The notes under the pieces were generated by a model. The model was not told the DNA's origin, searched no databases, and saw only the letters and a list, made by a program, of their open reading frames with translations. A stretch of 64,000 nt of DNA, from the IMG/VR virus record IMGVR_UViG_3300031998_000010; one strand, written 5' to 3'. Below are positions 15,913 to 25,629 of this stretch, in pieces (position 1 is the stretch's first letter; each line of letters opens with the position of its first letter). This stretch comes from a virus. Lineage: Duplodnaviria > Caudoviricetes. The position numbers were made by a program, and so were the translations under genes.

Positions 15913-16501
15913 AATGAAAATACCTAAGATTGTAATCACGGGAGGACCTTGTGCAGGAAAGTCATCTGCAATGCCGAGAATACAAGAAGAATTAGGAAAG
16001 CTCGGCTACAAAGTACTTATTGTATCCGAGTCTGCTACTGATTTCTTGACACATGGGGCACAATACAGTGACCCGAAGTTTCAAAGATACTTGATTGAAT
16101 ATCAACTTGAAAAAGAAAGAATCTGCGAAGATTTTGCTAGACATCAAGAAGGTAAAACAGTTATCATTCTAGATAGAGGTTGTCTAGATTGTAAAGCGTA
16201 TATGGCATTAGACGAGTGGTCAGAGACATTAAGAGAACTCCATACTAACGAGATAGAAATTAGAGATAGTTATTATGCAGTATTTCATCTTATGTCAACA
16301 GCCAAAAGTAGTGACCTGATATACACCCAAGAAAATAATGCTGCTAGATTTGAATCTAGCGAAGAAGCAGCAATAGCCGCAGATGACGCAGTATACAATG
16401 TATGGGCATCACATCCTCGAAGGGTTGTCATTGATAATTACTCAAATTTTGAGGATAAAGTTAATAAGCTTATTGGTGAGATATTAAACATTATTGAGTA
16501 A
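15905..16501 (+). CDS. P-loop NTPase, AAA_28 (NadR/Ttd14-like nucleotide kinase fold)
   Basis: KIVITGGPCAGKSS, SESAT, IILDRG.LD.KAY. Confidence 0.8.
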   Translation: MIEMKIPKIVITGGPCAGKSSAMPRIQEELGKLGYKVLIVSESATDFLTHGAQYSDPKFQRYLIEYQLEKERICEDFARHQEGKTVIILDRGCLDCKAYMALDEWSETLRELHTNEIEIRDSYYAVFHLMSTAKSSDLIYTQENNAARFESSEEAAIAADDAVYNVWASHPRRVVIDNYSNFEDKVNKLIGEILNIIE

Positions 16502-16530
16502 ATTGAGCTACATTAAATCTCGTAAGTAAG

Positions 16531-16557
16531 AACCTCCGATGTATTAAGTCGGAGGTT
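16531..16557. terminator. bidirectional terminator
   Basis: AACCTCCGA/TCGGAGGTT between convergent genes. Confidence 0.75.
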
Positions 16558-16564
16558 TAATTTA

Positions 16565-17398
16565 TTAAGATTTCTCATCAGAATGTTTCCACAAATTCTG
16601 AAGGTATTCATTGTATAATTCTTCTCGAGTTACAATGTTTTTAGGGTCTTCTAAGAATTCTTTCATATACTGAAGTGAATACATATGCATCGGCTGTTTT
16701 GTTGGGTCTTTTTCATAGTCTGATTGAAGAGATTCCAAATATTTAATGAGTTCATCAGCTGTTTCTTTATCAATTCGCTTAGTGCTCATCTTAGGATGTG
16801 TATTGAAACCCTTGTTGATGTAATCATTAATATCATCTATATTAAGCCTTTTGATATTTGATTTTTTGAGAGCTTCTAGTGTTTTAGATTGCATCTCATC
16901 TTCTGTATAATCAGATGACTCAAATTCACTAATTAGAGGAGTAATGACTGTTTCAAAGATGTATGCCAATGTTCGATTCTTGATAAAATCTTTGTTTTTC
17001 ATTGAATCTAAGATAATATTATCAAAGTCAAAAGCTTCATTAGCATCAAATCTTCCTGTTAAATCTCCGCTACTCTTAGCAATTTCTTTTCTAATATCCC
17101 CTACATTATGCAATTTTCTGTGAGTATTCGGCTCTATTATCAAGATATTTTCGGGCCTATGGTCTTTTGGTCTTCCATTTATATGATGAAACCAGAAACC
17201 ATATTCACTATTATCTCCTGTAATTTTCTTCCACTCTAATATAGCATCTCTTATTGCATTAAAGATATGCTTATCTGTAAGGTCCGGAAAGTACTGTCGC
17301 ATGCAAGTGGTCAATACATCTCGAGGCTTTGTAGACGCAATAATACTCTTGCTGCATCTAATATAATTGGAATTATTGTTATGTATTAATAATTTCAT
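16565..17398 (-). CDS. HNH-domain protein with putative capsid leader
   Basis: HHINGRPKDHRPENILII..THRKLH; likely start MKLLIH at 17398 next to upstream stop; YIRCS/IIAS in N-terminus. Confidence 0.7.
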   Translation of the reverse strand: MKLLIHNNNSNYIRCSKSIIASTKPRDVLTTCMRQYFPDLTDKHIFNAIRDAILEWKKITGDNSEYGFWFHHINGRPKDHRPENILIIEPNTHRKLHNVGDIRKEIAKSSGDLTGRFDANEAFDFDNIILDSMKNKDFIKNRTLAYIFETVITPLISEFESSDYTEDEMQSKTLEALKKSNIKRLNIDDINDYINKGFNTHPKMSTKRIDKETADELIKYLESLQSDYEKDPTKQPMHMYSLQYMKEFLEDPKNIVTREELYNEYLQNLWKHSDEKS

Positions 17399-17399
17399 T

Positions 17400-18254
17400 T
17401 CAGTTCCAGAACCCCTTGGGCAATGTTCTTCCTGTAGACTCAAATAGATATTCAACTTCTTCTTTATCATCGGAATCATATTTGCCAAAATCGGGAGATA
17501 TCTTAGGGAAGCTATACCATACAATATCATATAAATCATCATATTGATTAGCTTTATCACGACAGTTATTTAGTGTTTCACTAATAGTACCAGCAAGAAT
17601 ATCTCCATCATCAACGCACACTACAAATATATCATCATCTATAAAACCGTAGTATCCGTCATCAATCCATTTATTGAGTTGAGATAATATCTCTGCTCTG
17701 TATTGCTTATTAGTAAAATGTGGTTTCTTCTTAGGGGTTCCAGTTAAGGTTTTCACTTTTGTGCAGCTTATGATATCCGATGGATTTAACACAATGATAC
17801 CCTGACCATTTGATTCTGCAGAGTCACTGTATCTTACAACTATATCAGGATTACCTACTTTTTCAACAATATATCTAATACAATCCTTAGCCTGTATTGG
17901 CATCGGCAGCTCTTCACGCAGTGTTTGGTAGTCAACATCTATACCAAAACCCTCCGTTAATATTGTTTTAACGCTATTAGGGGTGGTCCAGCTCTGACCT
18001 AAACTACCTGAAATCATGTTAGAATATTGGACTGAGGGTGAAATACTGATTTTATATATGTCGTAGTTAACTTTAGGATTTCTCTCTGCAATCAGCTGCT
18101 CTGCTTTTTCTAGCCCATAGCAATGCAATGCTAATTCCCCTACAGCATCTGTTCCCAGTACATACCAATACATTGCTATTGGGTCTTCAACATGTGACGG
18201 AACTGCAATATACCAATCTTCTGAGAATGTTGATGCTTTTACATATATCTTCAT
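17400..18254 (-). CDS. ADP-ribosyltransferase-like protein (leader MKIYVKAS)
   Basis: paralog of 18686-19147; VVRYSDSAE..GIIVLNPSDI; extra C-terminal domain. Confidence 0.5.
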   Translation of the reverse strand: MKIYVKASTFSEDWYIAVPSHVEDPIAMYWYVLGTDAVGELALHCYGLEKAEQLIAERNPKVNYDIYKISISPSVQYSNMISGSLGQSWTTPNSVKTILTEGFGIDVDYQTLREELPMPIQAKDCIRYIVEKVGNPDIVVRYSDSAESNGQGIIVLNPSDIISCTKVKTLTGTPKKKPHFTNKQYRAEILSQLNKWIDDGYYGFIDDDIFVVCVDDGDILAGTISETLNNCRDKANQYDDLYDIVWYSFPKISPDFGKYDSDDKEEVEYLFESTGRTLPKGFWN

Positions 18255-18652
18255 ATTCGAGCCCTCCTTAAATCATTGCTCAATGTGTTATCTGAAACTT
18301 GTCCTAATTTTCTTATCTTACCATCGCCGAACTTAAACGAACCGTCGTCATAACAAGTTAATTCAAAAGTATATATCCCAGTAACTCCATGAAATTTTGG
18401 CGAAGTATATGGAATACTATATATTCGACAATCATCTTGAGATTCTATTATATGAATAATTTTATCTTCAGGTTCATAGTTTTGTGTTCTACCTAATTCA
18501 TTTCGGCTAGAAGGTGCCGAAAATAGCTTACCATTGAATGTTTTGATATTCATAAGCTGCTGAATAGTATCAGTATCTCTAGTATCGACTTCAGATAAAT
18601 ATTCTTGTATTGTAGGAATTCTAGATTCAGATGCTTTTACATATATCTTCAT
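18251..18652 (-). CDS. putative internal head protein (leader MKIYVKAS)
   Basis: shared leader; AAGGAG RBS. Confidence 0.65.
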   Translation of the reverse strand: MKIYVKASESRIPTIQEYLSEVDTRDTDTIQQLMNIKTFNGKLFSAPSSRNELGRTQNYEPEDKIIHIIESQDDCRIYSIPYTSPKFHGVTGIYTFELTCYDDGSFKFGDGKIRKLGQVSDNTLSNDLRRARI

Positions 18653-18685
18653 AATGTTCTATCTCCTTTTGTGTTACCGGATACT

Positions 18686-19147
18686 TTACACTTTTTCTAC
18701 AGATTTAATAATTGATTTATCTAATATGATAATGTCTTCTTCATTTAATTCTATTTCGTTATTATATTTAACAACAGCAGGGCTTCCTACTTCATTAATG
18801 ATATAATCTGCTGCAGTTTCTTTTGTCCATATTTTATCTCGTAAATCTTTAATTATTTGTGCCCTAGAAATGCTGATATCAAATCCAACATTAAGAATTT
18901 CATCAAGGCATTCAACAGAAGTCCATTCTTCAAAATCAGATATAGGATTAGAAAATTTAACTCCAGGATTAAGCTTTATTTCGTAGATATCGCAATCTCT
19001 ATTTTCTGCAAAATATTGAGCCTGCCCTAAACTTCCGCAATGTATTCCTAATTCATACCACCGAAATGATAGAGGGTCTTTACCTTTAGGTACTGCTCTG
19101 TAATATGTAATAGAAGGAACTTCAGTAGCTTTTACATATATCTTCAT
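18686..19147 (-). CDS. ADP-ribosyltransferase-like protein (leader MKIYVKAT)
   Basis: YYRAV..GIHCGS..QA.YFA..IYEIKL..VVKYNNEIE..IIILDKSII; start at 19147 by AAGGAG RBS. Confidence 0.55.
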   Translation of the reverse strand: MKIYVKATEVPSITYYRAVPKGKDPLSFRWYELGIHCGSLGQAQYFAENRDCDIYEIKLNPGVKFSNPISDFEEWTSVECLDEILNVGFDISISRAQIIKDLRDKIWTKETAADYIINEVGSPAVVKYNNEIELNEEDIIILDKSIIKSVEKV

Positions 19148-19207
19148 AAAACTATTCTCCTTCAAAAATAAATATCACTATAACAGATAAAAGGTTATCT
19201 CACTATT

Positions 19208-19233
19208 CATAACGATTTTATAAAATCGTTATG
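19208..19233. promoter_or_regulatory. perfect palindrome of two divergent AATCGTTAT motifs
   Basis: CATAACGATTTT-AT-AAAATCGTTATG at strand switch. Confidence 0.65.
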
Positions 19234-19261
19234 TTATGTATCAGACTAAAGGAGGTTATGT

Positions 19262-19723
19262 ATGATTAAAGAAATAACAGAAATACCGAAGCCAGATGTA
19301 TCACCTAAGAATGATAAGCCAGTAGGTTTTTATCGTGAAATTCTCAATAAAGATATCACAGAAGCATTCGATAATAAGATTGCTAAGTTTGAGTTAGTTG
19401 GGTATGATGCAAAGCCGGATTATCTTATTCAGGCTGCAAGAGCTGAAGCATACAATGTATGTAATGAAAAGATATATAAACCAGCTAAGGAGTATGTTAA
19501 GAGAAAACTCAGTAAAGAATATGATAAATCTCATATCAGGTGCTTAACACCTAGAAAGTATTCGCCAAATCATATTATTCGCTTACATGGAGTAACACTC
19601 AAAGACGGAATCAAGCACATGTATTGTGAAATTGATTTCAAAGCAGCAAGAAATTTCAAAAAAGAATTACTTGAAGATAGCAGAGAAAGGACTGAAGATT
19701 TTATACAAAGAGGAGATAAATAA
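19262..19723 (+). CDS. hypothetical protein
   Basis: AAGGAGG RBS. Confidence 0.75.
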   Translation: MIKEITEIPKPDVSPKNDKPVGFYREILNKDITEAFDNKIAKFELVGYDAKPDYLIQAARAEAYNVCNEKIYKPAKEYVKRKLSKEYDKSHIRCLTPRKYSPNHIIRLHGVTLKDGIKHMYCEIDFKAARNFKKELLEDSRERTEDFIQRGDK

Positions 19724-19725
19724 GA

Positions 19726-20010
19726 ATGGCAGATAATGAAAATTATAGCACTGAAGAACTCACTCAATATCTTGCAGAAACTCAACAGGGTTTATTGGAT
19801 GCTAGTAAAATTATTGCAAGAATTATTAATGTTTTATGCACACAGGGTGTAATAGATGACACTGATAAAGCATACATATTAGGTAAGATGACTGAAGAAG
19901 ATTACATCAAACATTACAAAGAGTCGCACGATTTGGCAAACATGATGCGACAGATGTTTAATTTTCCGATGCCAACAGAGAAACCTGATGATACAGAAGA
20001 AGGGAGATAA
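19726..20010 (+). CDS. hypothetical protein
   Basis: GAGGAG RBS. Confidence 0.7.
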   Translation: MADNENYSTEELTQYLAETQQGLLDASKIIARIINVLCTQGVIDDTDKAYILGKMTEEDYIKHYKESHDLANMMRQMFNFPMPTEKPDDTEEGR

Positions 20011-20013
20011 CTG

Positions 20014-20433
20014 ATGAGCGGATTAAGAAAACTTCAATGTGATAACTGCGGTGGAGTAATTGACGGTGTGACGCTTACTTGTCAGTCTTGTGGCATGCAA
20101 TACATGCTAAAAGAAGATATGACACTATGTAAAATGGTTACTTCAAATCTACAGTGGTCAACAATTGGCTGCTGTGTAGCCGTACCTTCTTATGTGTTAT
20201 TTGATATTGGCAAAGAACAGGCAGCTGAAATGACATTACAGCAGATATCAAAAACATTAGCTACTAAACTTCTACCTTTCATGGAATTTCAATCTTCATT
20301 TGACCCTAAACATAATGACATAGTAACTTATGGAAGAATTAGAGTAGCAGAACCAATTGTTAATAGATATGGGCGAGTTCAAATGACAATGCCTGATATA
20401 TCAGATAGCGTATTTCATTGGAATGAGTTATAA
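20014..20433 (+). CDS. Zn-ribbon protein
   Basis: CDNCGG..CQSCG; similar N-terminus to 59704-60036. Confidence 0.7.
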   Translation: MSGLRKLQCDNCGGVIDGVTLTCQSCGMQYMLKEDMTLCKMVTSNLQWSTIGCCVAVPSYVLFDIGKEQAAEMTLQQISKTLATKLLPFMEFQSSFDPKHNDIVTYGRIRVAEPIVNRYGRVQMTMPDISDSVFHWNEL

Positions 20434-20442
20434 TTCAAAATA

Positions 20443-20466
20443 AACCTCCGATTAATTTCGGAGGTC
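20443..20466. terminator. bidirectional terminator
   Basis: ACCTCCGA/TCGGAGGT between convergent genes. Confidence 0.75.
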
Positions 20467-20475
20467 TTCTATGTT

Positions 20476-22338
20476 TCATGTTGATTTCCAATCCCAAGTT
20501 ATTGTACCAGAGTCAAATACTTGTATGCACTTGTGTAAATCTACCATCTGCTGTGTTACTTCGCTAGCTTCAATAGCCTGATTATCAGAATTTCTTATCC
20601 ACACACCCTGTTCATCATTGATAGAGACTTCTTTGAATCCCAATGTATAATACAGCTTGCTACTAGCATAAGCCCTATCTGAAGTTGTTATAATATCAGT
20701 AGGACTGTATTCAGAGATAAACTGCTTAAATAATTTGGAAGCACCTCCAACTACGCAAGTATTAAGCTTACTTGCTAACCTAGTTATTTCATATCTATCT
20801 GTATGCTTAATTGCAATTACTTGAATTAGCTCATCCTGATTATAAAGTCCGTAGTGTATGTTGGAATCGCTATATCCTTTAAGATGATTATTCTCTAAAA
20901 ACTTCTTAGCTTCTTCTGAAGACACTTTACAACACTTACACTTACTGGCATGTATCTTATCACTACAACCCAAAATGTTTCGCAACATAGATGTGATAAT
21001 GTTTTTCTTATGAGCCCACTCATATCCGAATATATGAAATAGATGTATTCCTGAAGCTTCACATAAGTCTGTTTTCATTTTATGATAAGTTGAAGGTAGA
21101 GGAGTATCTCCATATGCAGTATATGTAGAATTATGAGTACCCGTAGGATTCATCTCAATTGCTACATTGTACTCAGGTAGATACACATCAAGCTCATAGG
21201 GACTGATAAGAAATCTATTATGTTGTTGAATCTCTAAATCAGGCTTGATATCTTTCAGTATAGCTATGAGCTCTTCTTCAAAATAAGAAAATACTTTATG
21301 TTCAACTAAATCTAGTTTATCTTCATTAGTTAAGAATACTTCAATAGAATGTTCACTAACACCCAATGTAACTTTCAGTTCAGCTATATTGGGTTTATGG
21401 TCAAAATGAGCAGAAATAAAATCTTCAGGGTCACTTAGAAACTGTTTATAATTTTCAGATTTGCTTGGGTCAACCATAATAGATTCACGATGGTTCCAGG
21501 AAGCAGTATAAGAATTAGCTCCATATTTATTTTGGTTAGTTTGTATTAGTTTTGCTTTGACTTTTTGAGACTGAATGGGATGCTCTACACCATATTTTTG
21601 CTTTGATGTTTGTTTAATCTTGCTTTTTATCTTTTCACTTTGAAATACATTATCGACACCATATCGGTCTCGCACAGTATCAATTCGCTTAGCAATAACT
21701 TGAGGAGACTGCAAATGATATCTAACACCATACTTCCTTCTAACAGTATTCGCGTATTTTTTAATGTAGTCATCAGTTTGAGTATACCACTCAACTCCAT
21801 ATTTCTGTTTATTAGTCTCTTTTATCTTATCAATAACTCCAGGAATCTGAAAAGGGTTCTCAACACCTTCGCCATATTTAGCTTGAAGATTTTCTTTCTG
21901 ATGCTGTATAGCAGCTGCTTTATCTGTATGTTGTTGAGCTAAGATATAACGACATTCATCAGAACAAGTTTTATTAGGCTCACGATGAGGGTCATATTCA
22001 AACTGCTTACCGCATAATTCGCAAGTACTGTAATGAGGACCTTCGCAATATTCTTCTCTAATATATCTAGGATGAAACTCTTTTCCGCAACATTTGCACT
22101 TCTTAGTCAACTTACTCCCAGATTCAACTTGACGACGTTTTATTAATTCAACACCACATGCATCACTACAAGTTTTCTTCTGAGGCACTGTAGAACACAC
22201 TCTATCCATTAAATTTCCGCATATTACACAAGGAACTTTAATCGGCCTGTTGCAATTCATCTGACGAGTAGACGTAGGATGAAATGATTGCCCACATACT
22301 TGACATATCTTTGTATAATCAGGACTAAGTTTACTCAT
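20476..22338 (-). CDS. Hef-like homing endonuclease: Zn-finger repeats, KYG repeats, PD-(D/E)xK nuclease, GNAT-like C-terminus
   Basis: CxxC repeats; KYG(V) repeats; ELDVYLPEYNVAIE; FLENNHLKG..YEITRLAS..VVGGASKLF..SDR. Confidence 0.7.
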   Translation of the reverse strand: MSKLSPDYTKICQVCGQSFHPTSTRQMNCNRPIKVPCVICGNLMDRVCSTVPQKKTCSDACGVELIKRRQVESGSKLTKKCKCCGKEFHPRYIREEYCEGPHYSTCELCGKQFEYDPHREPNKTCSDECRYILAQQHTDKAAAIQHQKENLQAKYGEGVENPFQIPGVIDKIKETNKQKYGVEWYTQTDDYIKKYANTVRRKYGVRYHLQSPQVIAKRIDTVRDRYGVDNVFQSEKIKSKIKQTSKQKYGVEHPIQSQKVKAKLIQTNQNKYGANSYTASWNHRESIMVDPSKSENYKQFLSDPEDFISAHFDHKPNIAELKVTLGVSEHSIEVFLTNEDKLDLVEHKVFSYFEEELIAILKDIKPDLEIQQHNRFLISPYELDVYLPEYNVAIEMNPTGTHNSTYTAYGDTPLPSTYHKMKTDLCEASGIHLFHIFGYEWAHKKNIITSMLRNILGCSDKIHASKCKCCKVSSEEAKKFLENNHLKGYSDSNIHYGLYNQDELIQVIAIKHTDRYEITRLASKLNTCVVGGASKLFKQFISEYSPTDIITTSDRAYASSKLYYTLGFKEVSINDEQGVWIRNSDNQAIEASEVTQQMVDLHKCIQVFDSGTITWDWKST

Positions 22339-22440
22339 GATTAACACCTCCTATATCTATATTATAGTATAGAATGGTGCAAAAATAAATGGTATATTTA
22401 TAAACTCAGCGTTATTTGGTTAAATTCAAACAAAATAAAA

Positions 22441-22462
22441 CAGCCTCGATTTCTCGAGGCTG
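22441..22462 (-). terminator. major capsid gene terminator
   Basis: CAGCCTCGA/TCGAGGCTG followed by TTTTATTTT. Confidence 0.85.
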
Positions 22463-22542
22463 CAATATTTGAAGTGAAATTAGATTTAGTATTTTATCAA
22501 GGCGCAAGTGGTCAATTTGTACCTTGTTAGGTTTGAGGTTTA

Positions 22543-24024
22543 TCAGAAAGCTCCGAGAACCTTGCCGGATACTACGGTTTGAGGATTGATTACGGATGCG
22601 GCAAACATCGTGGCATAACCGCTCTGTACAGAAGCATTAGCGAGGCCAATATCATCTGTTTTCACCATTGGCATGTAAATTCCCAGGAGAGCACTATTAC
22701 GTCTGATGTCGTTGCTCTTAGAGCACATAACCCAAGTATTCGGGTCATAGTAAGGGTCAACGTAGATTGTATACTGGTCAAGTGTACCGAGCTTGTAAGG
22801 TCCAACTGTCTCTTCGTTGGATGCTGCACTGAATCCAGGAAGTCTAGAAACAAGAGAAGCTACCTTTGTACCAACTACGAGTCTGTTAGGTCTTGCAAGG
22901 TTTGTTGCCTGATATACGGAATTTGCTGCGTCATCAAGCTTGAACTTGAAGAGGTTAAGGAAATCCGAAGGCATAACTGCACCATTGAATGCAAGGCTTG
23001 CATCCCAGTTATACTGAGGAGCATATGTTGCGGCCTTAAGGAGTTCGTTGAAGCAATAGCTGTTGATTTCAGCTGTGAGCTCGGAGAAAGCAGCCTCCTT
23101 GGAAATCTCACCGATATTTGCACCATACTCTTGCTGAGCTGCAAATGCGGAGTAGATGGACCAATAAGAAGCAAGCTCATGAGCCTCGGCGATGAGGTTG
23201 ATTTCATCGAGCTGGAGGTAAACCTTACCCATCTTAGCGCCATAGTTACCAGCATCATCAGGACCAACTGTCTCGTTGTCATACTCATAAGAAGCAACGA
23301 TGGAGTCGCCTGTAAGTGTGCCGATAGCACCTGTTGCATAGTTGATTGTACCAGCAGCAGCACCGCCGCCTACAGGAACGATATTGCCTGCGCCGTCGTC
23401 AACATACCTTGTTGTTGTGCCACCTGTTGTAACTTCGAAGGAAACGGAACCAGGAAGGATAGGAGTATAAGCGATTGTTGCATTAGCAATTGTCTCATTC
23501 TTTACTACTCTTCCGGTGAAGTTTGCATCATAACCCTGACGGTTAACAAATGCAGAAGAAAGGATATCACCCTTATGTGTCTCACCCTTTGTATTCTCTG
23601 CAACTACCTTGAAGTAAGGGATAATCTGCTGACGAGACTTCATTGCAACAGAACCGAAAACGTCCTCAACGAGGAGCTTCTGAACGAAAATAGGAAGGAG
23701 CTCTACGAAATCGGGCTTAGCGATGATGTTGGAAGTATTTGTAGCAGCCGTAATAGAAGTAAGTCTACGTGTGTTGCTGATGAGCTGATTAGCAAAGATT
23801 CTCTGCTCAGGTGTGAGCTGAACGGAAGCTGCAACAGACTGTCTTGCAACAGGACGAGCCATTCTAGAACGACCAGCAGCCGTAATAGATGTACCTGCGT
23901 TGATGCTACGAGGAGCAGAATAACCAATTCTTGAAGCCGGACGAGCTACCGGTCTGTTCATTCTGCTAGAAGCCGTAACACGAGTAGAAGGAGTAACTCT
24001 ACGAGTTGTCTTTTTAATAGCCAT
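22543..24024 (-). CDS. major capsid protein (T4 gp23-like)
   Basis: VAMKSRQQIIPY, LASYWSIYSAFAAQQEYG..ELTAEIN, YKLGTL..YTIYVDPY, YMPM; downstream of protease; strong codon bias. Confidence 0.85.
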   Translation of the reverse strand: MAIKKTTRRVTPSTRVTASSRMNRPVARPASRIGYSAPRSINAGTSITAAGRSRMARPVARQSVAASVQLTPEQRIFANQLISNTRRLTSITAATNTSNIIAKPDFVELLPIFVQKLLVEDVFGSVAMKSRQQIIPYFKVVAENTKGETHKGDILSSAFVNRQGYDANFTGRVVKNETIANATIAYTPILPGSVSFEVTTGGTTTRYVDDGAGNIVPVGGGAAAGTINYATGAIGTLTGDSIVASYEYDNETVGPDDAGNYGAKMGKVYLQLDEINLIAEAHELASYWSIYSAFAAQQEYGANIGEISKEAAFSELTAEINSYCFNELLKAATYAPQYNWDASLAFNGAVMPSDFLNLFKFKLDDAANSVYQATNLARPNRLVVGTKVASLVSRLPGFSAASNEETVGPYKLGTLDQYTIYVDPYYDPNTWVMCSKSNDIRRNSALLGIYMPMVKTDDIGLANASVQSGYATMFAASVINPQTVVSGKVLGAF

Positions 24025-24065
24025 GTTAATTCTCCTAATGTTTAATAGCTTTAATATAGTTTAAA

Positions 24066-25577
24066 TTAAAGGACTGCTAAATCTCCACCGTCACTGTCTA
24101 AATTATCAACTTCTGTAGGCAAAAGTGCTTCTTCATCAAATGAAGGATGGATGCCTATGTTAGCTGTATTTGTTGCTCCTTGGATTAAGTTTTCCAAATC
24201 GCTGACGGAAGTAGACGCAGTTACCTGTAAGCCAGACACTGAAATTCCTATTGCATTTGCATAAATATTAGCATACGCTTGCTGATATTCGAGCAACATA
24301 TCTTCCATTGCCTGAACTCTATCTAATGCAGAATTAAGTTCCTGCTTAGAAGCTGATATTTTAGCTTTGAGATTTTCAATTTGCTCACCAAGGTTTGATG
24401 CTTCTCTCGTTGCATTAGTACTAGCAACAACAGTTTTGTTAAGTTCTGAACGCAACTCGGCAATTTCTATATCTTTTGCCTTAATATCAGAAGAGGAATT
24501 CTCTATCTTCTGTTTATAAATAAGGTTATTTTTATTAACTGATTTCAATTTTTCAGATATTTCAGAATTTGATGCTTGAATACGAGATAATTCTTTACTG
24601 AAATTCTTATTTGATATAATTAATTTTGCATTTGATGCATTCACTTCTTTTAACTTTGATTGCATTAAATCTTGTTGGCTTGATGTTATTCTCTTAAGTG
24701 CTCTAATCTTTCTTCTAGATTCTAATTTAGTAGCAGACAGAATGCTTTCTGTTGAAGCTAATTGTGATTTAAGCTTCTTGTTTTCTGCCTTCTCAGCAAG
24801 ATATAGTTCAGTCATTGCTTTGATTTTCTTGCCCATGACTTCTTCTTTGTCTTCATCAGTGCATTCGGGGCACTCTTCCTCTTCGTCGTCATCAGGAATA
24901 TTTTGGTCTGCTACGCCAATATCTTCTTTACGAGCTTCTAACTTTTCATACTGCTCAGAACCTTCTTTGAACTGCTTCTGCATTGCTTCAATTGTATGAA
25001 TATCAGTTACATCTTGAATATTCTTTTCAATAGCAGCGCAAACTCTCTTAAATTTAACTTGGTCATCTAAATTCTTTGAAGCAGCAATCTGTTGGAATTC
25101 AGGAACAGCATCTGCATAAGCAGGAAATGCTACAAGGTCAAATCCTCTAAATACAAATGTATCGGGGTCAACATTTCCTTCTGCATCTACATCGCCGGCT
25201 CCTCTAATAGATATGCCCCATTGTACTCCGGCGTCTATAAATGATTCAACAATTCTTCCTACAGGAGTATCAATCAAATCAAATGTGCCGTAGATTTCAT
25301 CATCGTCTGTAATTTCCATTGAGGTCATTACAATACATGCATCTTGGAATGTTTGTGCACCTGGGTCTTCAGGGTGGCCAAGATATCCGATGTAATATCT
25401 GTGCTCCATTGCATCTTTATACTCATCAGAAGCAAGCAAGTGTTCAAATAATTCACGATTTAATTTCATATCGTTATTATTGAATACTGCTGCATCACAA
25501 CACTTTCCTGTGAATGTTCCGATGATAGATGATGTTTTTGGCATTTCAGTTGCTTTAATTGCAGTTTTCTTTGCCAT
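24066..25577 (-). CDS. prohead protease (T4 gp21-like) fused to coiled-coil scaffold
   Basis: GYLGHP, DTPVGRIV, GISIRGAG, FDLVAFPA; long C-terminal coiled coil. Confidence 0.85.
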   Translation of the reverse strand: MAKKTAIKATEMPKTSSIIGTFTGKCCDAAVFNNNDMKLNRELFEHLLASDEYKDAMEHRYYIGYLGHPEDPGAQTFQDACIVMTSMEITDDDEIYGTFDLIDTPVGRIVESFIDAGVQWGISIRGAGDVDAEGNVDPDTFVFRGFDLVAFPAYADAVPEFQQIAASKNLDDQVKFKRVCAAIEKNIQDVTDIHTIEAMQKQFKEGSEQYEKLEARKEDIGVADQNIPDDDEEEECPECTDEDKEEVMGKKIKAMTELYLAEKAENKKLKSQLASTESILSATKLESRRKIRALKRITSSQQDLMQSKLKEVNASNAKLIISNKNFSKELSRIQASNSEISEKLKSVNKNNLIYKQKIENSSSDIKAKDIEIAELRSELNKTVVASTNATREASNLGEQIENLKAKISASKQELNSALDRVQAMEDMLLEYQQAYANIYANAIGISVSGLQVTASTSVSDLENLIQGATNTANIGIHPSFDEEALLPTEVDNLDSDGGDLAVL

Positions 25578-25629
25578 TTATATCGCCTCCAAAATTAAAT
25601 TCTGAAATTATTCTAGATTATTTGAAATA

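Noticed and set aside
17399-17560. N-terminal 54 aa of the 331-aa ORF
   Set aside because: Overlaps the upstream gene; ATG at 17398 abuts its stop and gives a leader-bearing start
22579-23934. 451-aa antisense ORF over the capsid gene
   Set aside because: Shadow frame from strong codon bias; no RBS, and composition is not protein-like
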